A stretch of DNA of 64,000 bases from Callorhinchus milii. Lineage: Eukaryota. Made by a program: the position numbers and the translations under genes. A model generated the notes under the pieces. That model had not been told where the DNA came from and did not search any database. It saw only the letters and a list, made by a program, of their open reading frames with translations. Positions within the stretch are counted from its first letter, which is position 1; each line of letters opens with the position of its first letter. The stretch spans positions 83,392,001 through 83,456,000 of the forward strand of contig NW_024704742.1 in NCBI RefSeq assembly GCF_018977255.1, in the 5' to 3' direction. Below are positions 12,061 to 24,290 of the stretch, piece after piece.

Positions 12061-13883
12061 TACTTTTGAGAAGCTAAAAGTGCTCACTATTGAGGCTATA
12101 AAGGGTATCATCCTTTTGCTGTATGATTTTTTGCATTTGGGAAAGTAAACAATCTTAGTGATGCCATGTAGAAAATGTTCTATTTTATCTGGGCATCTTT
12201 CAATGTCAACATTTTGTATTGATTCAATACAATTTGGTGGATGACTCAATGCTAAAAGCAAATTAGAAATCAAGTTTAAAAAAGCATTATTCAATCCTGA
12301 GCACAACTCCTGAATTGTCCAGAGGTGATTTCCAATAGGATTCAATGCCATCGGCGGCAGTACTAATCTGGTTATACTGCAGTCAATTTGAAAACTTTTA
12401 AAATTAAAAAGTTTGAAAGATCTCGAGCAGTTCAGTATCTTTTTATTGCTGTTAAAATCATCACACTCCTGGCTGTTTAACATTAAAGAACCCATGTTGG
12501 GTGCTTACCAGTGGACCACTATACTTGCCTCAGCCTCCAGTTAGAGCAATTAGAATTGAACAGGATAATCCACGCTTGCCATTATGAATCCATCTACTAC
12601 TGAAAGCTATGCAAAATTACTCCTGCAGTATAAAAGATGCAATGCATTACAATCTCAGGAGAGCTCCATGTGTTCACCTGCATTTCTTACATGAATTGTG
12701 ACTTGATTGAGATAGCCAAATTGTCAACAGTTTCTACTGTGCTTTAGATCCACTAAGAACTGATGTAAGACTTCTCAAACTCATTTTACAAAAACAAACT
12801 TTTACAGCTGGCAAAACAGGAGACTTTCATGCATCATCTAGTCCCCCCAAACAAGTACTACCCTTGAATTAGCCACTGAGCAAGAGTGGCCCAAGGTGCT
12901 TAGAAATCGAAGAACACTCAAGTTCCAGTGAGAATCATCTTCCATCATTTCGACACTAATGTTCTGTGAAATGAGCCTCACAGACCATTGGAAAATTAAA
13001 AACGTGCTTGCTTGACTTGCATGTACAGTATTGTCTTAAAAGGAAAGGGTCGATAGGATTCTCCACATTAAAGACACGGAATTCCACCGAGTCAGCCGTT
13101 AAGACCCATTTTGTATTGAAGCTGATGCCACACAGAATTCTGCAAAAAATTCTAAATGCAATTTTAATTTGGAAGTGCGTTTTCTGTAGTTTATATAAAG
13201 CACTGCATTGGGTTCTACATTAAAGACTGAATTGAAGAATTTTCCACAATTCTGTGTAATCTTAAATTTAAAGACAAAATGGTATCACGGGCTAAGACGA
13301 GATGAAATTTTTGGCCCTAAATGAGTCAATTTAAACAAAAAAAATCTGCATAAGAGATCCAAGTTGATATTTCTATAATAAGCTGTGCACTAACTAACTG
13401 TAGATATTTATATTCAAAAAGTGTTGAAACTGATAAAATGCTAGAGTTCTCACTGGATGAAATAAGTAATCACAAAATCAATTAAAGGTGAGGTTAGAAA
13501 ACAATTCTTTACACTGATGATGGTGAGGACCTTCCTCTTTGACCATGCCTCAGGTCACCTCTCTCCTCTCTCTCGCATCAAGCTCTACCACTATGAAGTG
13601 TTCTGAAAAGCTCCCTCAGGCTGTATAAATGCAAGTTGCTGGTGCTGTTATTTGGAGTGTGAAATTCTCTGGCACAAAGTATAGTTCAAGTTTTAAAAGG
13701 GAAGTAGATAGATGCCTGAAAATAAATTTGAAGGCTATGCAGATTTAAGCAGGAACATGGCTCATTTGGAGAAAAACATCAGGGGAACTTGATGTCCCAA
13801 ATGATCCGTTTCTATACCGCACCATTCTATTATTACACCAGTTTTGGTAAAGCATCTCCACGAAAATAGTAGTTACATGCACT

Positions 13884-14250
13884 GATTTTTTTTTGGTCAG
13901 CCGGGTGTCTGACACATGTGGAAATCCATCACCAGGCTTAAGAGTCTCCAAACCAAACTGAGATTTCCATGCATCCTTTCATACCTGGAAATTCCAGAGA
14001 TACTTTGTTGGAATGAATGCACACCTGTCCCTGGAGGGATGCTTCCTGCTTACATAATTCAGGAAAATATAAGGTGCAGATTGGCAATTTGGGGCCCCTA
14101 GAGTGTGTGTTGGGGTACTGCTGGAGTCGAGCCAGCTAAAACCACAAAGCTTGGCATTGATAGCACTGTCTAGCAAGCTTTCCCGCTGCTTGTCCAGCTA
14201 GGACCACCTTACCTGTTAGGGCTTTGGCTTGCAGGGTTAACAGGAGCTGA
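13884..14250 (-). repeat. Unassigned interspersed repeat, copy 1 (A-tract at minus-strand 3' end)
   Basis: Collinear similarity to 18732-19110 and 28136-28315. Minus strand ends GACACCCGGCTGACCAAAAAAAAA. Confidence 0.8.
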
Positions 14251-14845
14251 TCTGGTACTAAATCCTAACATACTCATTCTAAACTATTATTTTTCCAATC
14301 ATCAAAGTGTTCATGCACAAAATCAAGTCATCATGTCTTAACTATGTAGGGTGCCCAGGTGTCAGCAGAAAAAAAATAAAATCATGAAGTCTACGGTAAA
14401 TATATGTATAAAAAAAAGATACATGTGAGTGACTGAACTCATTTCCGGATTCAGATGAGATTCAATCAACCTTGGCTGTCGCAATTTATGACGCCTTCAA
14501 AATCTTTCATGAGATTACTTCCTTGCAATTTCTCTCCTGTGTACCCCTTAGCTGCTGTTGAATGTAACAGTTCAGAAACTACACATTTGTTTTAGTTCTA
14601 CTCTGTTTCACATATATGGGTGCATGGAGAGAAGGAACTTTATTACAGCAAAAAAAATGTACTAATAAGAAGCTTTTTATTGCCCGATTTAAATACACAG
14701 GTTTAAATTGGTTCAATGCAAGTGTAGTGCTTAAAAGGATTCACTTTAAAAGCAGGGAATAATTTGATAAACAAGAAAAGTGATAATTTCTTCAATAATG
14801 TTAAATGTCAAAAAGAATCCATTGGTAGGGTATATTACCATGTTA

Positions 14846-15010
14846 CAAAATATAGTCAATTCACTTTACAGTATATTTGAAGTGCTTGGAGAGAAGGAAA
14901 TTTGCCCAAGGTTTCGCCCTGCCACGAATCGAACCCAGGTCTCTCGCTTGCGAGGCGAGTGCTCTAACCACTGAGCTACAGGACTCCAAAATGCAACGAT
15001 TATTATTATT
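14846..15010. mobile_element. Rearranged SINE: inverted tRNA head inside a plus-strand tail
   Basis: Plus-strand tail piece at about 14846-14890, minus-strand head at about 14894-14988, then plus-strand aaatgcaacgattattattatt. Confidence 0.78.
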
Positions 15011-15754
15011 AACCAAAAGGAGGAGATAGATTGGATAGAATGACAGTAGTAGAGAACGAGAATTTAGGAGAACTGCCCAATGAATATTTTCTGTGTCATT
15101 AAAGCAAAGTAGCCAAGGAAGATTTTATAACAGAGGTCGGGAAGGGGAGAAACTTCAAGAGATTAACATGAATAAAAATATTGTAACAAATAGACTAGTG
15201 AAATTGAAGTTGGGATGATCTTCAGGCTCAGGCAACCAAGGATCGGTAATAATTTTGGCCCTGCCACTTCACCCACATTCGAGATGAGTTACAAACACTA
15301 AGGGTTAAAAATTGCACTAAATTATAAATAGGTTTAACAATGCGGTGTCAAGATGCAATTTCTTTGGTCAACCACGTACTAGGCAAGTCAATGCAAGTCA
15401 CTGAATTAGATGAAAATAACAAATAGATTCATTCATTCTGAAGAAATATAGAACACTTACTGCATGTTAATGGAGGATACCTGTAAGGCAAAAATGCACT
15501 TTACAAAGATGACATGTCCAAGTCAGACAGAAAGCTTGCAGTCTGTCTGTCTACAACATATGTCTGGGCAAATAAAAGAAAAAGTACTGTTCATACATGA
15601 TTTCAATCCTTTACAGACATCACATTTAAAACTACATAGGGCACACCACAATAAAATTCAAGCATTTTTTTCAAAAATAACCCATTGAGTGACTCGCGCA
15701 GTCCTAACTCATGTGATAGCTTATTTTCTATTAAATTGAGCATCACTTCAACTA

Positions 15755-16468
15755 TAACTATCCTTTCTACCCCAGATCTGTGCCATGACCCGCCCAGCCT
15801 TCCCCCATCTCCGCAACATTGCCCGGCTCCTCCACTGTCTCGCTTTGCAGGCCGCCGAAACCCTCATGCATGCTTTCATTATATCGAGGCTTGACTGTGC
15901 AAACTCCTTGTTTGTCGGCAACCCCAACTCCTCCCTCCATAGACTGCAGATCATCCAAAACTCAGCAGCCGGTGTCCTTTTCTGCTCCGGGCTCTGTGAC
16001 CCTATCACCTCCATCCTCGCCCGACTCCACTGGCTTCCCATCACACCGAGGATACAATTCAAGATCCTGGTCATCACCCTCAAAGCCCTCATGGTTTTGC
16101 TCCCACCTACCTCTGCGACCTCCTAACCCCCTACCACACTGCTTGCTCCCTCCGCTCAGCAGGCTCCAGCCTGCTTCACATCCCCTTCCTTGCTCGCCCC
16201 ACTATTGGCGGGCGGGCCTTCAGACACTCTGCCCACCACTCTCTGGAACTCCATCCTGCAGTCCCTCCACCTCACCCCCTCCCTTGCCACCTTCAAGACC
16301 TGTCTCAAGACTCTCCTCTTCGACCATGCTTTCGATCTCCCTGCTTCCCCCTTGCCCTCCACCCTCCCCGATCCCCAGCTCAGGTCCAAAGTTTTTGTCT
16401 GTCCAGCGCCTTGGGACATTCTCCTGACGTGAAAGGCGCTATACAAACGTAATTTTGTTATTGTTTTT
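15755..16468 (+). mobile_element. L2 LINE 3' fragment
   Basis: HLRNIARL...AETLMHAFIISRLDCANSL...LHWLP...FKIL; tail gcgccttgggac...gtgaaaggcgctatacaaa. Confidence 0.9.
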
Positions 16469-16642
16469 GATATCACCCTCACAAAGCAGTAACTAGATTG
16501 TGATGTAAGTAGATTGTTACCATATGTTGAGACCATGTATTTGCACACAACTCAGATATCAATGGGATGCATCATTTCATATTTTGAATAGAAATTTCAC
16601 CTACCCACCCACCTACACATATTGGCTATCATAAATGATAGC

Positions 16643-18253
16643 CATTATGGGTTCATGAAGGGAAGGTCTTGGCAATCTAATTGACTGTTTTTCTTTGATG
16701 GTGTAACAAGAGAGATTGATAAGGCTAAGGCTGTGGATGTTGTATATCTGGATTTCAGTAAGGCCTTTGATACAATTCCTCTTGAGAGGCTGGTACTGAA
16801 AGTAAAGAAAGTGGGAATCAGTGGAGGTATACTACAATGGATATGCATCTGGTTGACCGGAAGAATCCAGAGTCTGGTGCTACAGGGAATGTCATCAGAC
16901 TGAGAAAATGTTACCAGTGGAGTTCCACAAGGGTCTGTTTTGAGACCTCTTTTGTTTAATATTTTTATAAATGATCTGGAACTAGAAGTCGCAAACACAG
17001 TGGTGTTTACAGATGACACCAAGCTAATGAAGATAGTAGATTATGAAGCTGAACAAGATAAGTTACGAGAGGATTTGAACATACTTGGGAATTGAGCAGA
17101 TCGATGGCAGATGAAATTCAATGTGGAGAAATGTAAAGTACTTCACATGGGGACAAAAAATCCTGGAAGGGACTATTATTTGAATGAAAGGAAAATAATA
17201 TGTATGGAAAAAGAAAAGAATCCGGAAGTCCTGATTGACAATAAATTGAAGCTCTTCCAACAATGCTCTGTGGCAGTGATTAAAGCAAACCAGATGTTGG
17301 GATGTATCAAAAGAACAATAGCAAGCCGAGATAGTGGTGTAATCCTGCCACTGTATAAAGCATTGGTGAGACCATACTTAGAGTACTGTGTGGAGTCCCG
17401 TAGCTCAGTGGTTAGAGCACTCGCTTTGCAAGCGAGAGATCTGAGTTCAATTCCAGGCAGGGCGAAACCGTGGGCAAGTTTCCTTACTCCACACAGAGCC
17501 TAATAATAATCCCTCCAAAAACCAAAAACAATAATAAATTGGTAATTTTCAATCTATGATTGTTTGTGAGACATTGCTGTGCGCAATTGGCTGCCGCGTT
17601 TGCCCACAAATATACAGTCAATTCACTTTACAGTGTGTTCTGTGAAGCGCTTTGGGACGTCCTCCCGACGTGAAAAGCACTATATCAAATGCAAGGATTA
17701 TTATTATTATTACAGTTCTGGTCGCCACAGTACAAAAAGGATATTGGAGAAATCGAGAAGATAGAGAGGAGGACAACCAAAAATGATTGAGGGAATGGAA
17801 GAACTGGACTATGAGGAGCGACTAAGTAAATTGGGCATGTTCACGCTGGAAAAGAGAAGATTGAGAGGTGACATGATTGCTGTCTTTAAGATTCTAAAGG
17901 GGCAACACAATATAGATCATGATGGGCTGTTTCAACTTGTCCAGAATAGTAAAACCAGAGGACACGGCCTGTGATTGAAGGGGGGTAAATTCAGAACAAA
18001 TCTACGCAAAAATTATTTCAGTGAGCGAATGGTGAACCTGTGAAACAGTCTCCCTAGGGAGACGGTTGAAGCAGGAAGTACTGATTCTTTCAAACGCAGA
18101 TTAGATAGTTTTCTTTTAGGACATAACATTATGGGATATAGTACATAGGTAGTTTGGGACATATGTGCGTACGACCGCCAGGAAGGTGAAAGGCAAACTA
18201 GATGGACCTCAGTCTTTTTTCGTCTAGCATTTCTTATGTTTTTATGTTTTTAT
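16643..18253 (+). mobile_element. CR1 LINE 3' fragment (RT domain to tail), interrupted by a SINE
   Basis: GFMKGRS, VDVVYLDFSKAFD, GVPQGSVL, FTDDTKL, MKFNVEKCKVLH, LEKRRLRGDMI; stops present; ends ttcttatgtttttatg. Confidence 0.92.
17390..17711 (+). mobile_element. Young tRNA(Ala)-headed SINE nested in CR1
   Basis: Full-length copy that splits the CR1 motif [10 protein letters not shown]. Confidence 0.92.
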
Positions 18254-18731
18254 ACCCATTCTCCTTTAAATACTAAATTTGGCACAAGGGAAGGTCGCAT
18301 AGAAATTTTGTCATCAGATGGTAAAAGACGAAACTGCAAAGGGTTTCAAAAATAAATTGGACACCTTTCTAGAAATTAAAAGGATATGGGGTAATAGGTA
18401 ATTAAGCAGATGTGTTGAGGGAATCCTTGGAACATTAGATAGGTAGAAGAAATGAACCAACGCCTGAATTCCTGTCTGAAACTGTTATAATGCAATTGGG
18501 CATGAGGTCAGGGCAAATCATATGCAGTTCATGAATACAAATCTTATTAAATGGATGTTATTTTATTCTGACCAAATGTAAATATGGAGATGTTAAAATC
18601 TTCCATAATTGTTATGTGAAGAAACTTTCATCCCGTTTTTGCAGATTTCCCCATATTGTTCAAAAACACAACAGAGATTAAGGTTAGAAATGGTGGCGAA
18701 GACTCACAGCTGGGATGGAGCCCCACACAGT

Positions 18732-19190
18732 CTTTTATATTGTTCAGCCGAGTGTCTGACACATGCTGAAACCCATCATCATACTTAAGGGTATCCAAAC
18801 CAAGCTGAGAATTCCATGTATTCCACCTACACATGGAAATCCCAGAGAGAGATTGTTGGAATGGAATACGCCCTCTCTCCCTGGAGGGATACATCCTGCT
18901 TACATAATGCCAGAAAGTAACAGTCACAGGTTTGCAAGGGCCAAGGCTTGGGGACCCCAGAGTGTGTGTTACCAGACAAGTGGTAAAATAAACCGGCTAA
19001 AACCACATAACTTGCCATTGATATCGCTGTCTGGCAAGCTTACCCGCTGACTGTCCAGCTAGGACCACTCTACCCATTAGTCTTTGGCTTGCAGGGTTAA
19101 CCAGAGCTGAGCGTGATGATTCCCTTGTCTGCCCTTCCAAGTCCTGCCAATGAGCCAGTCTGGCTGCGCTGTCATCAACCCACATTCCAG
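18732..19190 (-). repeat. Unassigned interspersed repeat, copy 2 (longest)
   Basis: Shares cagccg.gtgtctgacacatg, ccctggagggat..cctgcttacataat and gtccagctaggaccac...ctttggcttgcagggttaa with copy 1. Right boundary uncertain. Confidence 0.8.
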
Positions 19191-19899
19191 GTTCACGAAA
19201 AAAGATGTTTAGATAGTACTAGTTAATTACTGCAACCAATAGAACCACACATCACAGCAGGTCTATGGACAAGAAATATGATGCTAAGGAGGAGGAAGGA
19301 GATCCCAAAGGGTGAATTACTGGCTGGCATGCAGCATATACATTTTAATAACGCATCAAGACCAATTTATAATCCTAACTCCACTACTCTGCCATTACAT
19401 GAATGTAAATAAATGTCATCAGTACCTGCATGTGACCTTAACACTAACCATTAACAGGAATAGACTCTCTTTCCAACAGTCCAATGTTCATATATATTCA
19501 ATTTTTCACCACTGAGATAAAATTTTAGTCTAGCTTCACCAGCAAGCATTAAAATATACTGTTTTTAAGCATTGACTGAAATAAAGAGAATGAGAGACCC
19601 AAATACACACATTAAAATGAAAGGCAACTGAAAAACAACCCGAGAAGTGGCAAAGTATTTTTTTTTAGGTTTAGAAATAGTTCTCCTAGCTAAAATACAA
19701 TATTTAATTTCATACAGAACAGCATTTAATGAGGCATCACTTGGTCCATTATATTGAGATGTAGAGTTGGAGGGTTCAATGTCCCGTGTACTCAAACAAT
19801 AAATTATTAGAGCGCGCAATGTTGCAATGTGGCAAGTTGATGGGCTGAAATAATGTCAACAATATGACAAAATAGAAACAAACAACTTAGCATATTAAA

Positions 19900-20040
19900 A
19901 AAATTGGTCACTGACTGTGTGTGGGACACTGCTGTGCACAGTTGGCTGTCACGTTTCATCCACAAAATATACAGTCAATTCACTTTACAGTGTATTCTGT
20001 GAAGCGCTTTGAGACGGCTCAACGATGTGATAAAGATTAT
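19900..20040 (+). mobile_element. SINE 3' fragment
   Basis: gtgggacactgctgtgc...cagtcaattcactttacagtg...gtgaagcgctttgagac. Confidence 0.75.
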
Positions 20041-21231
20041 TTTTTTTTTTATAAGGAAATATCCCGAGACATGACCAGATACTGGTCCTCAGAACCTGTC
20101 TGCTGAGAACCAACCATCATTCCCAAACAGAGAGAACAGTAGGCCTTTGGGAAGATGACTCGAGGAGGGAAAAAATAAAATATGGAGAAATGGGGCAGAC
20201 CCTATTGATACAAAGACTGTTTGTTTGGAATTGGAGTTGAACCAATTAACGCTACAAATTTTTGTGCTCCCACTATCAAAAAATCTCACAAAGCAGGTTT
20301 TTAAAAAATAAGCACAAATATTAATTCACACTAAATTAATCCAGGTGTGTTTGGTATGCTAAAATCCTTGCATCTGAAATAGCATCAAAACATTTCAAAG
20401 CTCTTTGAAGATTCTTAAATTTGCTTTTATTTGGACATCAGTTTTCCAGTTGTTAAAAAAATCTTCATAATCATCAAGACCGAATTCAAAGATGTTCTGC
20501 AATTTAATGTGATCTTAAATATTAAATCAAATAGTCTGTTAAGACTAGATTACATTTTGGGATTGTAGTTGTCTTATGAAAGCAGGCTCAGCCTCATTTG
20601 TACTTTCTTCCAAAATAAAACATTGGTTTCACATCCAATGGTGGCAAGAAAGGAAACAGAGCTGGTGGATTCCATTGGACCCACCTCAGCAATAGTCACG
20701 GCCATCAGTAAAAAAGCAAAGTGACAGCCCACAGGCAGATATTCCATGTGGAAGCATTTATTGCAGAGGTGCCATGAATGGCATCAGAGGGCTCCACGAG
20801 AAGAGGGATACTGGGAGAGCACTGGGAGGAAAAATACTAAAGAACTCAGAAGTTAAAATTCAATTTGTAGTAAATCATATACTACATATTCAGATTCACC
20901 TGGCTTCCTCCAACACTAATTTTCTGTATTCTTGCGGTGGATTTACTACCACTGCACTATTCAATTATTTGATTTGATTTGATTATTACCTACATTAATG
21001 TCACATGAAAACAATATTCATATGATCTCATAAAGTGGCAATTGGAACTTTTAACTAGTTGTTTGGTAATGCAAGGTAAAATTTTCTCACTTGAAATATA
21101 CCTATGCAAAAATATTTTTTTTAAAAAAGGAGTTCAAGGTCACTTACTAGAATCTAGTGAGTTTATCACAGGACCTGAGTGAAACTGTGTTGAAATACTT
21201 TAAAAAAAAACAATTCTGTACAATAAAACAT

Positions 21232-21680
21232 AATTAATAATAAAATAATTAAAATAATTACCTTGCATGTGATATAGCACCTTATCACATTGTCAAAACA
21301 AATTATTGCAAAGCACTTCACAGGATTTTTAATTGTAAAGTGCTGGGAATATATTTGTAGGCAAATACTGCAGTCAATATCTGCACAGCAGTGAGCCACC
21401 AGCAGCCGTGACGTGAATGACTATTTGAATCTTTGGGCAGGACACCAGGAGATATTCCGTCTCGTTTCGAATACTGCCATGGGATCTTTAATGTCCATGT
21501 GAACAAGCAGATAGGAACTTTGTTTTACTGTCTTATTCAAAGAACATCAAGTCTGAAGTCTGACATCACTGCACTGGAGTGTCAGCCTAGACCATGAACT
21601 CAAAGTCCAGAGGTATGGCTTGAACCCTCATTTTTCTGACTCAGAGTCGAGAAGGCTATCAACTGAGCGAGGCTGACACT
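21232..21680 (-). mobile_element. Old full-length DeuSINE (SacSINE1-like)
   Basis: Reverse complement gives gtgtcagcctcgctcagttgatagc...ggttcaagcc...attaaagatcccatggcagtattcg and an L2-type tail. Confidence 0.75.
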
Positions 21681-23434
21681 ATCATTTTGCACAGAACTGT
21701 CTGCAAATGTTTTGGGTAAAAACTGGGCAATGGGAGAAGGAAAGGGATGTGTTACTTTCCTTCCTCCATGAACTAACTGTGTCATTTTGAGAAGCAACCA
21801 CCTCCAAATGTGCTGCTCTGACCAAGGAGTTGTGCAACAATAGCCCAACAGCATTTGTTCCTTTCATTTTGCTTCACCCTTGTTGAGAAACACACCATCT
21901 TGGAGTGGGAGCTTCCCAAAATAGTTTGTGAGAACAATAATTCAGCTGGGAGGGAGAATTTGTGTCCTGGACCAGGACGTTTCACTCTGGACTATACTTT
22001 ATTTTGGCAAAGTTTATCTTTGCCTCCTCTATGGAGAATTTGCAAACGTTTAATAACAATACAACTTTAAAAACACCTTGCATCTAAAGAAAATCTCTTC
22101 TGTAAGGCTGACTGGCAACAGTCATCAAAAATGTCTCTGTGGTGTCATAAGTGTTGCAAAATTCTTCTAAAAGCTTCCTTCATGTATGACACAATCCTAT
22201 AAATTTTCCTGAGTCTAAACTAGACTTTTCAGAGTTTGGTGAAAGTTGCCTAGGTTTAAATTTTGCTAATTTAACAGGTTCTTCATTATCAAATGGAATT
22301 TTGATTATTCAACTGACACTTTGATTACTATGCACCTCGTGTATTACAGTATGTTCTTGTCTATAGGAGTGCCAACAGTAATAAGGTATTTGATTCCTGT
22401 CTGTGTTCTTATCAGAATGAATATGTCCAACTTGTTCAGGTTCAATCACACTTTGGCTCTCGTCTGATCCCATTTCCATGTCTGTGTCGCCACCATTCCC
22501 CCATTCTGAATTTTAAAAAAAAATGCTTTCTTAAACAACAGCAAAATCGACATCAGTGGCGCAACCCATCTGTCAGAATAATAAAGAAATCCTACCTCAT
22601 TCCCATTGAAAATGTTCCCATGTCTATTAGAGAGTTTTGTCAGCAGTGGGTTTTCTAATTAATGTATATTGCACAAAGCTACAGATTAGAGGGGTTATCA
22701 AGGGCGAACACATCATTCTAGTTGCGATTAATCTTTTAGTCGTGATTTTTGAGTATTTTTTGATTACAACAATGACGTGCCAGATTGTGTCAGGTGTTTT
22801 GTAGGAATTCCAAATTCCCTATTGCTATAACCTAGCTTGAAGTTTGGACCAATGTGCTATGTGCTATAGTGACTGCTTTCCAAAAGTGTATGCTTTAGGA
22901 GATAGTTGCATGTGGAAAAGTTACAACAAATGGTTGTGTGACAGTTGGATAGATTTTAAAAAACTGGTTTATTATTAGCCCAGTAATAATTGCAACAATT
23001 TGAACTTATATAGCACCTATTTCATGGGGATGCTGACATTTTAAACCAATCATGCTGTTTGTCGCTACATCTGAGATCTATTTATCTATTTGCCCACAAG
23101 ATACACAGTCAATCCATTTCACAATATATTCTGTGAAGTGCTTTGAGATGTTTCAGCAATGTGATAAGGTGCTATATTAAATGTAAGGATTATTATTATT
23201 ATCTATATAGCTCAATTCCTCGCAAAACAGGCAGGCTTTAGAATGTTTATAATTCTGAACCATCAGAATAAAACTTTTTTTTAAATCAATGCGACAGACT
23301 GCCAACAATTTTTCTTCATAGATCAAATTGAGGGGAATTAGTTTTTTTACGTTTAAAGTGAGATTGTCTTTCCATTTCTAGTCAGGATTGCAACATACGC
23401 TAGACACAAAGTAAGCTCACTGCATTGGTCAAGT

Positions 23435-23628
23435 TAATCCCTCCAAAAAAAACAATAATAAATTGGTCATTTTCAATCTACGACTGTTTGTGGGACATTG
23501 CTGTGCGCAATTGGCTGCCGCGTTCGCCCACAAATATACAGTCAATTCACTTTACAGTATATTCTGTGAAGCGCTTTGGGACGTCTGGAAGACGTGAAAA
23601 GCGCTATATCAAATGCAAGGATTATTAT
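23435..23628 (+). mobile_element. Young SINE, 3' module only (no head)
   Basis: Starts at TAATCCCTCC; otherwise near-identical to the 3' half of full-length copies. Confidence 0.88.
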
Positions 23629-24103
23629 TTCTTGCGTTTGTTTGATATAGTCTATTTTTTAATTGTTAGCTATATCATGCTGCAATATTCTCTTTACCTT
23701 TTTGCTTTGTCCTAAATAGAAAGGTTTGATGACAAGTCCCATGTTTTCACGTTTTCCCCTTCTCTTTCACTTTATATCGAAGACAGGAGAATAACCTCCT
23801 CCCACAGCTCCATCAATTCTGTTTTCCCCTTCTCACATTTTACCTGTACTATTTGATTCATTGTCTCCATTCTTTCAGATCTGAGCCATTTCTCTTCTTT
23901 TTACCTTCGAGGCTTTTAGTTTTAACTCTATCAAAGATGTTTGTTTGTAGGTGTCAGTTCAAATCAGGACAATTCTCTCCTCCAGTGGGAAGTGACAGGC
24001 ATCCACCCTGTGACTACCATTGACACACTCAAGACTAGAAATCTATCTGGTAGAGAATGGAAGACATAAACGTACGTACATCTTTCCCCAATTAATGGGG
24101 TAG

Positions 24104-24290
24104 GTTGTGGGCTCATGCTCATGAATCTCCATCAGATAGATGTAGGTTCAGGTTCACGTCTTTCCACCAAATGAATGTAGATTCATGCTTACAGTCTCCA
24201 CCAGAGAGACGTCAGTCAGTGCCAGCCTACACCTCGCTTTATCAGATGGCTGTAAGTTCATACCCACATCTCTCCATTAGGTGATGCAGA
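24104..24290. repeat. Degenerate minisatellite, unit about 35 bp, about 5 copies
   Basis: Recurring tgtrgrttcatgc..ac..tctcca(t/c)caga units. Confidence 0.6.

Noticed and set aside
11971..12495. 174-aa minus-strand ORF
   Set aside because: No recognisable domain, C-terminus runs into a DeuSINE, does not match the expected KDM4C exon.
24104..24290. CRISPR-like array
   Set aside because: Vertebrate DNA, degenerate contiguous units, no spacers and no cas genes.
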